64,000 nt of DNA from an uncultured delta proteobacterium (GTDB taxonomy: Bacteria; Myxococcota_A; Polyangia; Polyangiales; Polyangiaceae), in the NCBI GenBank assembly GCA_963841435.1, contig CAWJCS010000004.1:64001-128000 (forward strand), given 5' to 3'. Below, one piece after another: positions 51,958 through 62,576 of the stretch. A program made the translations under genes and the position numbers. Position 1 is the stretch's first letter. Each line of letters starts with the position of its first letter. Under the pieces are notes generated by a model. It was not told where the DNA came from. It did not search any database and was given only the letters and a program-made list of their open reading frames with translations.

Positions 51958-54900
51958 TCAGCGCGCACGCCGACGCCGACGGCGCGCCACCATCAATGCG
52001 AGAGCCGCGGCGGCGCCCATGAGCCACGGTTTCGACGGGCGGCGCGAGCCGAGGCTGCAGCCGGTGCCCTCCTTTTCGTCGCTGCTTTCCGAAGCGCCCG
52101 TGCTCACCTTGGCTGCACCTGCGAAGGTAGTCTGCGAAACGGTCCCGGGTGCGCTCCCCGTCGGGTCGAACAACAGGCCACCACCGCCCGAGCAGGTGAG
52201 CGTCACGTCCGGCCGGAGCTCGATCTCCTTGGCGATCACGCGGCCGCCGTAAGTGTGACTGTCACCGTCGCCGAGCACCGCCCGCGCCGAGCTCGCGAGC
52301 AGAGTGCCCGAGAAGTTCGACTCCAGGTAGAGCGCCGGTTGCCCGTAATACGCAACGAACGTCGAGGCGGGGGCACCCGTCGTACCCACGAAGGCACCGC
52401 GGTAGACCATCGAGCTCTTGACGAACAGGCGCGTTCCGGGAACCACCACGATGCTCGCCTGCGGCTCGACATCGAGGTTCTCGACCAGATAATCGCCGGC
52501 CGAGAGTGTGAGCTTCGAGCGTGAGTACGCGATGATCTGCCGGTGGGACCCCGGTGCCGCGCTGCCGATGGCGTCCGGCGCTAGGACAACGTCGGACGCG
52601 GGGAGCATGGTCGGGAACGAGAGCGGAGGGTTTTGCACTCCGCCGAGCGAGAGTGCCACGTGCTGCTGGATCGGCCCCGTCACGGTCGTCTGGTTTTGGC
52701 GTGTGACCACGCCGCTCGTTTTGATGAAGCCGTGGACGTTGCCGCGGTCACGGACGGATACGTTCGCGACGCTCGTGATGTCGCCGATGTGAGACTGCAC
52801 GCCGACTTCGGTGAGACCGTTTCCGGCGTTCACGATCGAGCCGTAGGCCGTCGGCCCGCTCATCACCTTCGCGCGATCGGCAACCAGGAACGACCCGCCC
52901 GCCGTCGTGCCGGACACGACGTAGACGGTTTGCTGGGTCGTCGTGACGCTGCCACCGGCCGTGATCGACCACCTGACGACGTGCGTGCCCGGGACCAACG
53001 AGATCACGCCGCTCGCGGGAATCGTTCGGGGTGGGTTCAGGGCCGCGCCGTTCGTCGAAATGACCTGGCCGGTCACGCTCGGCGACTCGGCGCAGCTTCC
53101 TTGAAGCGACGGCGGTGCGAGCGTGACGTTCTGCGCCGCGCCCGTCCCGCACACCGCCGCCGTCACGGCGGGCAGCGTGGTCGGGACCGGCTTGCACGTC
53201 GTGATGGCGGCGCCGTCCGTATTGCAGATAGTCGGGCCGAACGCGATGCCGAGCTGGTGGTGTCCGGTCGGCGCCGTGGAGGACACGGTCATGTCGAACG
53301 TCACCGTGCCGCTGCCGGTCGCGTCGTCGTAGGTGCTGCGCACGTTGCTCGTCGTGATGCCGGGACCCACGCCGACCGTCACGCCCTCCGAGCCGATCGG
53401 GCAATTGTGGACATCGACGGTGACGTCGTGAACGGCCGTTCCGGGGACGGCCTGGACCACGCCCGTCACGCTCGCGTGCTCTTGGGGGCAAAGGTTCGTC
53501 GAGGCGGTGCCACCGCACACGGTGCTCGGGTCATTGCAGCTCGAAACGGCGAGGACCTTCTCTTCGACGAGCGAGGCCGTGATAGCAGTCGCTCGAGGCA
53601 AGGAGTTCGGGCCGATCGCGGCGAGCACGTCCGTGTCCCGGCTCATCACGGGCACCGCCGTGCTCGCGTCGGACGAGAGCTCGACGACGAAACGGTAGCC
53701 ACCGGGTGGCAGGTTCGAGCTCGAGCAGGTCGGGTTGATGAACGTCGTGTACACGCCGTCGTTCGCCATTTCGTCGCCACCGCTGACGCCGTCGTCGTAC
53801 ATCGGGACGGAAATTTGCGTCGCACCGTTGACGAGCTTCGCCGCCACGGAGATGCCGGTCTCGAACGTGTTCTGAGCAATCTCGAGCCTCGCCGTGGCCT
53901 TCACGCGCTGGTTGGCGTGCGCGGTCAACGTGTCGAGCTCGATCTTCCCCCGAACTTCCGAATTCTTGTAGACGGCGAACATGGCGACCTCGGGCGCAGC
54001 CACGCTGCCCCCGACGACGCACGGTGTGCCGCCCTTCGCCCGCATCGTCCAGTGGCCGGGGATCGGGTTCGTGACGCGCCGGGTGCGCGTGAGGTATGCC
54101 GTTTCGGTGGCGGCGGGGACCACGTCCGTGCCGACGAGGTTCCCGTTCGGGTCAACGACTTCGAATCCGTAGTCTGCAAAGCGACACAGGACCGAGTTTG
54201 AGTTCGTGATGAACCCCGGCGCGCGCGCAACCTTCGGCTCGTCGATCACGGTGTATTCCGTCTGCTCGCCCATCCAGACGAACTCCGCCTGCGTGGTGCC
54301 GGGAGGCAGGTCGAAGCTACGCTCGAAGACAGACGGCTTGAGCTCCTGAACGAACATCGCTTCGCGGTAGTCGCGCACGCGGTACGCGAGCCGAGAAGCC
54401 GCCGCCTGGATGCTGACGGGCGTGGGCGAGCCAGGCGGCACTCCCGGCGGGACTGGCCCCATGCCGTTGCCGAAGTCGACCATGCGCAGATCGCCGCCGC
54501 AAAGCTGCGAAATCTGGTCGAGCAGATTGAAATCCGCGTCGCCGAACGCGAGTGAGGAAATCACCATTTGCTTGCTGCCATCGGCAGGCGTGCAGGCGGC
54601 GATGGCCGCGTTGCGCACGGCCTCGGCCGTGTCACAGCCCGTGACGGTCGGACGCCCGTCGGTGAGGAGCACCATGTGCCCGACGGCGTCGTTCGTGCCG
54701 CTCGCTCGGACCTGCGCCGTGGCGTCGTTGATGGCTTCGCACAAGTTCGTGAGGCCACTCGCGGCGAGAGGAAACTCGGCGAGCTCGTGAGGCGTGGTGA
54801 ACGCCGCGTAGGGAATCGAGCGGGTGACGGCGCTGTCGAACACCGAAAGGCCCGATTTGCGTCCGGGCGGCGTGCGGTTGAAGTGCGCGAGGCCGGCGGA

Positions 54901-56016
54901 GAACGCGTGCTCGAACGCGGTGAGATCGAGCGCCGTCAGCCGGTAGTTCATGCTGCCCGACTTGTCGACGACGACCACAACGTCGTTGACGACCTGGTTG
55001 GCGATCAGCGAACCGGTAAACTCGCAGACCGGATCGGTCGGCAGCGGCGCCCACGGCCCGATGGGGTTCGTGAAGCTCTCGTTCTGCGGCACCACGCCCG
55101 GCCCCTGCACGAAGGCGGGCCCCGGATCGTAGCTCATGAGATCCATCCACTGCTTTTTCGCAATGTCCCACTGATTGCCGTAGTTGAGCGCGTTACTGGA
55201 GCCGACGCTCGTCCCACTGGCAAACGGGCCATTGATGGCATGCAACGTCAGGTGGGTGTTCACGTCGCACCACAGATCGGCGTCGCGGGTGCCCATCACC
55301 GAGGTGTGCCACTCGGGGCCGTTCGAGCAGACGCGAAAGCCGTAGAAGAGCGGCTGCGCGCTATCGAGAAAGTACTCGTCCAAGAGATCGTACTTCGAGT
55401 GCCCGGCCTCGTGCGCGAACACGAAGGCGGATTCGGGCACCGACTCGAGCGGGGCCTTGCCGAGCGAATCGACGCAGCGCTCGCGGTTGACCCACTTGGG
55501 GTCCGGCACGATGGTAAACCCGTCGGGACACTTGGCGTGGATGCAGATGCCGCCCGAGCACAGCGTGTGCTCGGTTTGCGTATCGGTGACGCCGTCGGGG
55601 AAGGCTCCCTCGGCCCAGGTGTGCGCGGCCTGCACGACGGCGTCGTTCAGGGCGATCACGTTGCCGCCGGTCGCCACGCCGTCGTCGCGCTTCCACTCCA
55701 CGTCGTAGCGCATCGGCGCATCGCCGTAGACGAACTGGACTTGGTAGACGTAGTGCCGCCCGTTGGTGATGCGCCACATCCGCTCGGCAAAACCTTGCGC
55801 GGAACCGCAGTAATAGGTGATGTCTGCCTGGGTGAGCGGTGGCACCGAACCGTCGGCCACCTGCGGATTTAGCCACACGACGTAGCGATGCCCGCTGCGT
55901 GTGGTGTCCCCGTTGGGACCCTTTCCCTGCACGATGATTTCGGGATGATCGGCTCGCGCTGCCCCTGTGACGAGAATCAACCCTAGCCCGCACAACCCCG
56001 CGGCCACCCTGTTCAT
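51958..56016 (-). CDS. CLCA-like secreted zinc metalloprotease + VWA protein with MYXO-CTERM-like anchor
   Basis: Signal peptide; HEAGH..LLDEY; VVDKSGSM, LLTDG; YDDG..NDGVYT; C-terminal GC..hydrophobic..RRRRRR. Confidence 0.8.
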   Translation of the reverse strand: MNRVAAGLCGLGLILVTGAARADHPEIIVQGKGPNGDTTRSGHRYVVWLNPQVADGSVPPLTQADITYYCGSAQGFAERMWRITNGRHYVYQVQFVYGDAPMRYDVEWKRDDGVATGGNVIALNDAVVQAAHTWAEGAFPDGVTDTQTEHTLCSGGICIHAKCPDGFTIVPDPKWVNRERCVDSLGKAPLESVPESAFVFAHEAGHSKYDLLDEYFLDSAQPLFYGFRVCSNGPEWHTSVMGTRDADLWCDVNTHLTLHAINGPFASGTSVGSSNALNYGNQWDIAKKQWMDLMSYDPGPAFVQGPGVVPQNESFTNPIGPWAPLPTDPVCEFTGSLIANQVVNDVVVVVDKSGSMNYRLTALDLTAFEHAFSAGLAHFNRTPPGRKSGLSVFDSAVTRSIPYAAFTTPHELAEFPLAASGLTNLCEAINDATAQVRASGTNDAVGHMVLLTDGRPTVTGCDTAEAVRNAAIAACTPADGSKQMVISSLAFGDADFNLLDQISQLCGGDLRMVDFGNGMGPVPPGVPPGSPTPVSIQAAASRLAYRVRDYREAMFVQELKPSVFERSFDLPPGTTQAEFVWMGEQTEYTVIDEPKVARAPGFITNSNSVLCRFADYGFEVVDPNGNLVGTDVVPAATETAYLTRTRRVTNPIPGHWTMRAKGGTPCVVGGSVAAPEVAMFAVYKNSEVRGKIELDTLTAHANQRVKATARLEIAQNTFETGISVAAKLVNGATQISVPMYDDGVSGGDEMANDGVYTTFINPTCSSSNLPPGGYRFVVELSSDASTAVPVMSRDTDVLAAIGPNSLPRATAITASLVEEKVLAVSSCNDPSTVCGGTASTNLCPQEHASVTGVVQAVPGTAVHDVTVDVHNCPIGSEGVTVGVGPGITTSNVRSTYDDATGSGTVTFDMTVSSTAPTGHHQLGIAFGPTICNTDGAAITTCKPVPTTLPAVTAAVCGTGAAQNVTLAPPSLQGSCAESPSVTGQVISTNGAALNPPRTIPASGVISLVPGTHVVRWSITAGGSVTTTQQTVYVVSGTTAGGSFLVADRAKVMSGPTAYGSIVNAGNGLTEVGVQSHIGDITSVANVSVRDRGNVHGFIKTSGVVTRQNQTTVTGPIQQHVALSLGGVQNPPLSFPTMLPASDVVLAPDAIGSAAPGSHRQIIAYSRSKLTLSAGDYLVENLDVEPQASIVVVPGTRLFVKSSMVYRGAFVGTTGAPASTFVAYYGQPALYLESNFSGTLLASSARAVLGDGDSHTYGGRVIAKEIELRPDVTLTCSGGGGLLFDPTGSAPGTVSQTTFAGAAKVSTGASESSDEKEGTGCSLGSRRPSKPWLMGAAAALALMVARRRRRRAR

Positions 56017-56062
56017 GCGACGGCTCTTAGGCGTGCTAGCGTTCCTCGTCAAGGGTTTGGGA

Positions 56063-56638
56063 ATGCGTTCACGAAATCTGATCGCGCGGTCAACGGGCGT
56101 GACGTTGGCGTTCGCAATGTTGACGTCGTGTGGTGGCAGCTCCAAGCACGCCGGCACGAGCGCGGGCACCGGGGGAGGCTCGGGCGCGTCGGGCGGCGCA
56201 GGTGCCAGCGCAGGTTCCGGCCGGGCGGGCGGCACGAGCGGAGCCTCCGCGGGCGCGAGCGGTGCTCCGACGGGGGGCTCGGCCGGTTCGCACGTCATCA
56301 GCGACAGGCCCCAGAGCTGCACCACCAACGAGGGCGACCCGGGCATCCTGGTCAACGTGCAGCCGCTGCCTGATGGCCCACGTCCGGAATGCAATGCTCT
56401 CGCACAACCCGGCGATCCGGACGCGCGTTGCCCGAGCGAAGACCTCGTCGAATGCTCGCCGATGGACTGTTATTCGGCCGAAACGATGGCCGGCTGCTGC
56501 CGGCCGGACGGCTTCTGTGGCGTCCTGGAAATCGGCCACTGGGGTCAGGACATCGCGCTCGGCTGCATCAGCCGCGACCCCTGGATCGAAAAAGCCGACG
56601 CCCTCGGCCGCGAGATCGTTCCGATTCGCTGCGATTGA
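56063..56638 (+). CDS. Hypothetical Gly-rich linker, Cys-rich lipoprotein
   Basis: Lipobox LTSC; GCCRPDGFCG motif. Confidence 0.7.
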   Translation: MRSRNLIARSTGVTLAFAMLTSCGGSSKHAGTSAGTGGGSGASGGAGASAGSGRAGGTSGASAGASGAPTGGSAGSHVISDRPQSCTTNEGDPGILVNVQPLPDGPRPECNALAQPGDPDARCPSEDLVECSPMDCYSAETMAGCCRPDGFCGVLEIGHWGQDIALGCISRDPWIEKADALGREIVPIRCD

Positions 56639-56639
56639 C

Positions 56640-56879
56640 GAAAGGAGTAGAGCCCGCGCGACGTAGCGGCACAGCCGCTCGCGCTGTTGCCGATCGCGAC
56701 CGTCAACGACTTGCCGAGCATGCACGTTGATGCCGCGCACCTCGGCGACCGGCTCACCGGCGGGGGGCCGGTGTCGGCGCCGCGGTCGTCCTCCTCCGGC
56801 CCGAAGGTACGACCAGTTGCTCGAGGACTTTCTCGATGCGAGTGGCAGTGCGGCGCGCCACGTCTTTCACGTCCGCCAT
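56640..56879 (-). mobile_element. IS91-family (Y2) transposase remnant
   Basis: Fragments DVKDVARRTATRIEKVL and EVRGINVHARQVVDGRDRQQRERLCRYVAR; the second resembles the IS91/ISCR HA....DR..LE.LCRY..R motif. Confidence 0.65.
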
Positions 56880-57172
56880 CTTCCTCCGAGTGAAGGGCGA
56901 TTCGACGTTACAGCTCGCCAGTCTCGTTCAGGGTCGGGTTCGCCGGCCGGATTCCGCCTCGCCGTCTCGCGCTGCTCCGGCTCGGCGGCTGGTCGATCGA
57001 GCTCCAATTCGCGAAATTTGACTACGTGCCGTTCGGCAGCAAAACGCGCTTGGATCACCCGACACCGAGCACCTCAAGTTGGTTTTGCTGGTCGCGATGC
57101 CCGTCAGGGTTCTAGGCTCGAGCGATTGTCGCTCTGCACACGTCGCTCTGCACATAGAGATGGGAGGATAGG

Positions 57173-58732
57173 ATGAAATACGGACAGCGAATCTCCAACA
57201 CCGCGCTCCGCGCCGCGCCCGCGATGCTGCTCATGTTGCTATGCGCCGGCGAAGCGAGGGCTGGAGATCTGCCCCCCGTGCTCACGATTGGTGGAGCCAG
57301 CTGCGGCTCGACCTACACGTATGCCGTCACCTCCCTGCAGATGTTGGGGACCGGCGATGACGCCAAGATCCTCACGGACAATGGTGGCAACAACGTGAAC
57401 TGGAGCCACAGTGGGTGCACCGTCGCTATCGACGGCAGCACGAGTTGCATCAACTTGGGCATAACTTTTCCGAGCAACCCGGCCTCGGACACGTCGGTCG
57501 TTCAGGCTACCGGAACGGCGAGTATGAGCGGTTCTGAAACGCTGACGGTCACCTCGACGGCCCTCGCCCCGGACAACACTCCTACTACTGATGTTTGCAC
57601 GGGCAACTTCACGTTTCACGTCACCTCTCTTGGCGGCGGCTGGGGTGATCCGCACCTGACCACCGTCAACGGCGTTCACTACGATTTCCAGAGCGCCGGC
57701 GAGTTCACGGCGCTACGCGGCGACAAGGTCGAAATCCAGACTCGGCAGAGTCCGGTGCCGACCGCGAAGGTGCCGATCACGAACGAGTACACCGGCATCA
57801 CGCACTGCGTGGCCATCTACACGGCCGTGGCGGCCAAGCTCGGCTCGACGCGCGTGACGTTGCAACCAAGCCCCGGCGCGGAACCCGACCCGAACAGCAT
57901 GCAGCTTCGCGTGAACGGCAAGCTGACGAAGCTCGGCAACGAGCCGCTCGTCGTGCGAGCCAAACCCGAGGCAGGGGCGAAGCAAGGCAAGGTCGAGGCC
58001 ACCATCACCCAGCACGCGGAAGGCCTCATCGAGATAACGGACGCCACCGGCATGCAGCTCGTCGTGACGCCGAAATATTGGGCCTCCCAGAAGGTCTGGT
58101 ACCTCAACGTCAACGTTTACCAGACTGCGGCGCACGAGGGCACGATGGGAAAGCTCGGCCAGCGGAGCTGGCTGCCCGCACTGCCCGATGGCAGCTCGCT
58201 CGGCCAAAAGCCCGCTTCCGAGAACGAGCGCTATCAGGTGCTCTACGAGAAGTTCGCCGACGCGTGGCGCGTGACGGATGCCACGAGCCTCTTCGACTAC
58301 GAGCCCGGCACCAACACGGCCACCTTCACGCGCGACGAGTGGCCCCGCAACCATCCGCAATCCTGCGACATCGAGGGGCAGACCGCCGTGCAGCCGGCGA
58401 CGGAACAGGTCGCCGAACAGGCGTGCGAAAACGTCGCCAACGCCGTTCAGCGGGCGGATTGCGCGTTCGACGTCATGATCACCGGAAACACCGAGTTCGC
58501 GAAGAGCTACGAGGTCATGCAGGGCTTCGGGCCGCGCGGCTCCGGCTGGTACACCCCCGAGCCTCCCAAGAAGTCGCCGCCCGCCAAGACCCCACCCGAC
58601 AAGACGCCGCCCGACAGGACCCCTGCACCTTGTCCAAGCCCCTGGTGCTGTTGGGCCCTCATCGTCCTCGGCATCGTGCAGCTCCTGCTCCTCGCCTTCC
58701 TCGTGAAACAGGCGCTCTCGAAGAAGTCGTAG
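57173..58732 (+). CDS. VWD (von Willebrand type D) domain surface protein with C-terminal TM anchor
   Basis: Signal peptide; WGDPHLTTVNGVHYDFQSAGEF; FADAWRV..SLFDY; C.FD; Pro linker + TM. Confidence 0.88.
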   Translation: MKYGQRISNTALRAAPAMLLMLLCAGEARAGDLPPVLTIGGASCGSTYTYAVTSLQMLGTGDDAKILTDNGGNNVNWSHSGCTVAIDGSTSCINLGITFPSNPASDTSVVQATGTASMSGSETLTVTSTALAPDNTPTTDVCTGNFTFHVTSLGGGWGDPHLTTVNGVHYDFQSAGEFTALRGDKVEIQTRQSPVPTAKVPITNEYTGITHCVAIYTAVAAKLGSTRVTLQPSPGAEPDPNSMQLRVNGKLTKLGNEPLVVRAKPEAGAKQGKVEATITQHAEGLIEITDATGMQLVVTPKYWASQKVWYLNVNVYQTAAHEGTMGKLGQRSWLPALPDGSSLGQKPASENERYQVLYEKFADAWRVTDATSLFDYEPGTNTATFTRDEWPRNHPQSCDIEGQTAVQPATEQVAEQACENVANAVQRADCAFDVMITGNTEFAKSYEVMQGFGPRGSGWYTPEPPKKSPPAKTPPDKTPPDRTPAPCPSPWCCWALIVLGIVQLLLLAFLVKQALSKKS

Positions 58733-58799
58733 GTGTAGCCTCCGCGTCTCGGCCGGGAGGTGGCGTGATGACCCCCCAGCTGCGGGTCATAGTGACCGC

Positions 58800-60650
58800 G
58801 TGGGCTCTTTGCGATTCACCTGGCTCGCTGTCGGCTGCATGAGCTGCACCACGGCACCGCGCCCGATCGCGCCCTCCGTCGCGCCGCCCCCCATCGCAGT
58901 GAGCTCCGTCGCTCCGCCCGCGGAGCCGCCCCCGACCGACACGGTGCCGCACGGCGACTGCAGCCAGGACGGCTGGTGCTGGGACAATCCGCTACCGTGC
59001 GGCGACGAGCTACGAGCCGTGTGGGGCTCCGCACCGAACGACTACTGGGCGGGCGGCAAGGGAGGCGCGCTGCTGCACTTCGACGGCAGCGGCTGGTCAC
59101 GTGTCGAAGGCGCCACGTCCTCCGACGTGCGCCAGCTCTTCGGACGCGGCCAAAGTGACGTGTGGGCACTAGGCGTCCCCTGGAGCGAGCCGCTGAGGCA
59201 CTGGGACGGAGCTGCCTGGTCCCGCCCGGCGCTCCCCCCGTCACCCCGTGTCGGCGGATTCGGCGAGAACGGGACGCCCTGGGTGATCGACGACAGCGGC
59301 GGCGTGTGGCGCTTCGACGGCTCGCGCTGGAAGGCCAGACTGCCCGCGTCCTGCCACGCCGACGGCTGCGGTTGGTACACGGCTCGCACCGCAAGCGGAG
59401 GCACGCTCACCGGACGCCCGACGGGTGCGGATTGGGACGGCACCCACACGTTCGAAACGCGCCTCCCGGCTCCGACGGGCCGCACCTTCGGCGGAACCCG
59501 CGAATCGCACGTCCTCTTGCTGCAGTACGCCACGGGCGGTTACGTCGAGGCATGGAGCGGGGGCCGCTGGGTGGAGCAGCCGGTACCGGACGCAACGACG
59601 CCGCGTGAGCAGCGGCCCGTCTTGCGCTCGGTCTGGGGAGCGACCGACGACAACGTCTGGGCGGTCGGTGACGGCGGCGCCCTCGCGCACTTCGACGGAA
59701 ACGCGTGGACGGCCTTCGACAGCGGGACGCGCGCCAATCTCACCAACGTCTGGGGAACCAGCCGTGACGACGTGTGGACCGTGGGCGGCACGGCCCTCAT
59801 CCACTGGGACGGGCACGCCTGGGCCCACGCGCGAGCCACCGTCACCGAAAACGCGCTCAACGCGGTCTGGGCGCTCGGCGGTTGCGCCGCGTTCGTCGCG
59901 GGTGATGCCGGCACCGTGCTCCGCCGCGACTGCAAGGCGTGGCAAACCTTGCCGAGCGGCCTGACCAGCGACCTTCTCGGTGTGTGGGCGAGTGACGCAA
60001 ACAACGTCTGGCTCGTGGGAACGCACGGCACGTTGCTCCACTTCGACGGCCGCACGTTCGAGCCGCTCGCCCCGCTGACGGACGCGACGCTGAGGGACGT
60101 GTGGGGTACGGGGCCGCGCAACGTCTGGGTCGTCGGCGACGACGCAACCACGCTTCACTTCGACGGCGAACGCTGGCAAAAAGCGCCGAACCCTTTCCGG
60201 GAGAACCAGAGGCTGTTTCACGTCCGTGGGACCGCACCCGACCACGTGGTCGTCGTCGGGGAGCGAGGCGCGTTCGCCGTCTGGGACGGCCGGAGCTTCA
60301 CCCACCGCCCCGGGCCACCCTGCTGGGGCGTCAACAACCGCTCCGACACGCTGAACACCGTGCTGCCGCTCGGCGTCAACGACTGGTGGGTCGCCTGCGA
60401 CCAGGGCGGCCTCCAGCACGGCGTGCTCGGTGCCTGGGTGAGCGAGAGCACCTCGACCCATCTCAACGGGCTCGCTCGGGTGGAGTCCGAGCTCTTCGCC
60501 GTCGGCCCCTACCAGCTGTGGCAGCGAACAGCCGAGCACTGGCGCCTCACGTCCACCCGCGCCCCCTTCCGCGCCCTCGCCGCCGCACCCGACGGACGCC
60601 TTTTCGCCGTCGGCGAGCACGGCGTGATCTCGTCGCGCGCGGCCGACTAG
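58800..60650 (+). CDS. Trp-rich repeat (beta-propeller-like) lipoprotein
   Basis: Repeats L..VWG....DVWAVG..G.LLH(F/W)DG..W; N-terminal signal with Cys. Confidence 0.82.
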   Translation: MGSLRFTWLAVGCMSCTTAPRPIAPSVAPPPIAVSSVAPPAEPPPTDTVPHGDCSQDGWCWDNPLPCGDELRAVWGSAPNDYWAGGKGGALLHFDGSGWSRVEGATSSDVRQLFGRGQSDVWALGVPWSEPLRHWDGAAWSRPALPPSPRVGGFGENGTPWVIDDSGGVWRFDGSRWKARLPASCHADGCGWYTARTASGGTLTGRPTGADWDGTHTFETRLPAPTGRTFGGTRESHVLLLQYATGGYVEAWSGGRWVEQPVPDATTPREQRPVLRSVWGATDDNVWAVGDGGALAHFDGNAWTAFDSGTRANLTNVWGTSRDDVWTVGGTALIHWDGHAWAHARATVTENALNAVWALGGCAAFVAGDAGTVLRRDCKAWQTLPSGLTSDLLGVWASDANNVWLVGTHGTLLHFDGRTFEPLAPLTDATLRDVWGTGPRNVWVVGDDATTLHFDGERWQKAPNPFRENQRLFHVRGTAPDHVVVVGERGAFAVWDGRSFTHRPGPPCWGVNNRSDTLNTVLPLGVNDWWVACDQGGLQHGVLGAWVSESTSTHLNGLARVESELFAVGPYQLWQRTAEHWRLTSTRAPFRALAAAPDGRLFAVGEHGVISSRAAD

Positions 60651-60905
60651 GAACCGAATTCACCCTTCCCTCCCGCGCGTCGCCCCCGCCGGCGTCAGCC
60701 ACGTCTCCGTGAACCCCACCTCACGCGGTCGCAGGCGCACGACCACGTAGTCGCCACCGAGGTACAGCGTGCCGTCCGCGTCGCGGACCTTCCACGTGCC
60801 ACCGAGCACGATCCTCCAGAAGGAGGCTTTCTCGTTCTGCATTTCGCGCCTGACGATGCTCAGGCAGTAGCGACGGGCGCGACCGCCCTTGCGCGACGCT
60901 CACTT

Positions 60906-61847
60906 TTGCTAAGCTCGTGGCGCGTGGCCCACTCGTCCCTCCTCTTCCCGGCGTCGGCGTGCTTTCTTGTGGTCTCCTGCGCGGCAGCGGGCGACGGGAG
61001 CGCGGGCTCGGGGCAGTTTTCAGGGGACGGCAGCAGCGGCGCGGTCGGCGGCAGCGGGAGCGTGCAGGTGGGCTCGGGCGGCAGCGGGGCAAACGGGGGG
61101 AGCGGCGCCGGGATCAGCGTGGGCGGAACCGACACGGGGAGCACCGACCCGGACTGCGACAACATCCTGGAGGTCACTTATCGCGACTTCGATGAGTCGC
61201 ACCCCGACATGGAGATGGCGTTCGCAGGTGACGTCGTGCGCATCCAGCTCCTCGAGCCCACGCTCGGCGCCGACGGCAAGCCCGTGTTCAAGAGCAGCAC
61301 CGGTTGTCCGCGGAGCGCCGACGACCCGCTCGCTTGCGACAACTGGCAGACGACCAACCCCGTCATCACCAGCGCGGCGACGTTCGACCAGTGGTACCGG
61401 ACTTCGGACGTCAACCGCGAGATCCCGGGGACGCTCGAGCTGACTCCCGACGCCAACGGCTACTACGTCTTCGACACCAACGCGTTCTTCCCGCTCGGGC
61501 CGGACGAAGGCTTCGGCATCACGCCGGCCAACAACGACCAGCACAAAAATTTCCTCTTCACGACCGAAATTCACGTGACCTTCACGTACCGCGCCGGGCA
61601 GGTGTTCTCGTTCCGGGGTGACGACGACCTGTGGATCTTCGTGAACGGGACGCTGGCGATGGACCTCGGCGGCATGCACAGCGCCGAGACCGGCACGATC
61701 GACTTCGACGCTCAGTCCACGCGGCTCGGCATCACGCCGGGCAGCGCGTACCCGATGGACATCTTCCACGCCGAGCGCCACACGCGCGACTCGAACTTCC
61801 GCTTCGAGACGAACGTCAGTTGTTTCGTGCCGGTCGTCGTTCGCTGA
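60906..61847 (+). CDS. Fibro-slime/PA14 domain lipoprotein
   Basis: Lipobox VVSC; YRDF, FDQWY, FFPL, NFLFTTE, GDDDLWIFVN, AERH. Confidence 0.9.
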   Translation: MLSSWRVAHSSLLFPASACFLVVSCAAAGDGSAGSGQFSGDGSSGAVGGSGSVQVGSGGSGANGGSGAGISVGGTDTGSTDPDCDNILEVTYRDFDESHPDMEMAFAGDVVRIQLLEPTLGADGKPVFKSSTGCPRSADDPLACDNWQTTNPVITSAATFDQWYRTSDVNREIPGTLELTPDANGYYVFDTNAFFPLGPDEGFGITPANNDQHKNFLFTTEIHVTFTYRAGQVFSFRGDDDLWIFVNGTLAMDLGGMHSAETGTIDFDAQSTRLGITPGSAYPMDIFHAERHTRDSNFRFETNVSCFVPVVVR

Positions 61848-61864
61848 GCTACTTCATCAGTGCG

Positions 61865-62566
61865 TCAATTGAGATGCAAACATTGTGCGTAGGGGGTGAC
61901 ATACCCCCAGTCGTACTGGTTGGCGTTATCGGCTCGCGCGGTCCAGCGACGCGAATTCGTCAACGTCGGCATGCTGGTAAATGTCCGTACTTTTTGGATG
62001 CTTGTTTCCGGGGTGGAAGTGACGACGGTGGTAAAGAACCCGCCGCCAATCGCGATGTCGCCCACGTTGCAGTCTACCGACGACGCTGCCCAACCGTTCC
62101 TCATGGACACCTGGGTGCCAATCCGCGGCGTGACGGTTGCATTTAGATTTTTCGTGCAGGTAATGAGTACGCTGAACGTTTCGGACATGTTCGTCGAGTT
62201 GTACTCCGCCGAATACCACTGATTCTGATAGGCCGGGTACGTCGCGATGGGAATGAGCTTCGCGGGATCAGGATAGTTCGAGTCGAAGCCACCGCCCGTC
62301 GGGATCCCTCCACTGGGGCAATAGGCGAGGGCACCGCCCCCGTTGTGACTCGGGACGTTGACCGAGCTCAGCGCATAGAAATAACTGGTGAGGCCGCTGA
62401 CTCCGCTCGCGCAGACCGCCCAACCCGTCAGGGCAAGGTACGCGGTGGGATGCTTGTTCACCGTCATGATCCGCCAGCCGTTGCCGACCTGCCTGCTCAC
62501 CCAGACCATCATGTACTGGGCGTGCGTCCGCGCCTCCTCTTCGTAGCCAATCGCGTCGGCACCACT
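61865..62566 (-). pseudogene. Probably 5'-truncated gene with repeated C..G...GGGF...W...C modules
   Basis: CPSGGIPTGGGF and CNVGDIAIGGGF repeats plus a partial first copy; no signal peptide; visibly more AT-rich. Confidence 0.5.
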
Positions 62567-62576
62567 TCAATTCCCG

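Noticed and set aside
60660-60842. 60-aa minus-strand ORF
   Set aside because: May be a gene fragment, but no RBS or family motif supports a call.
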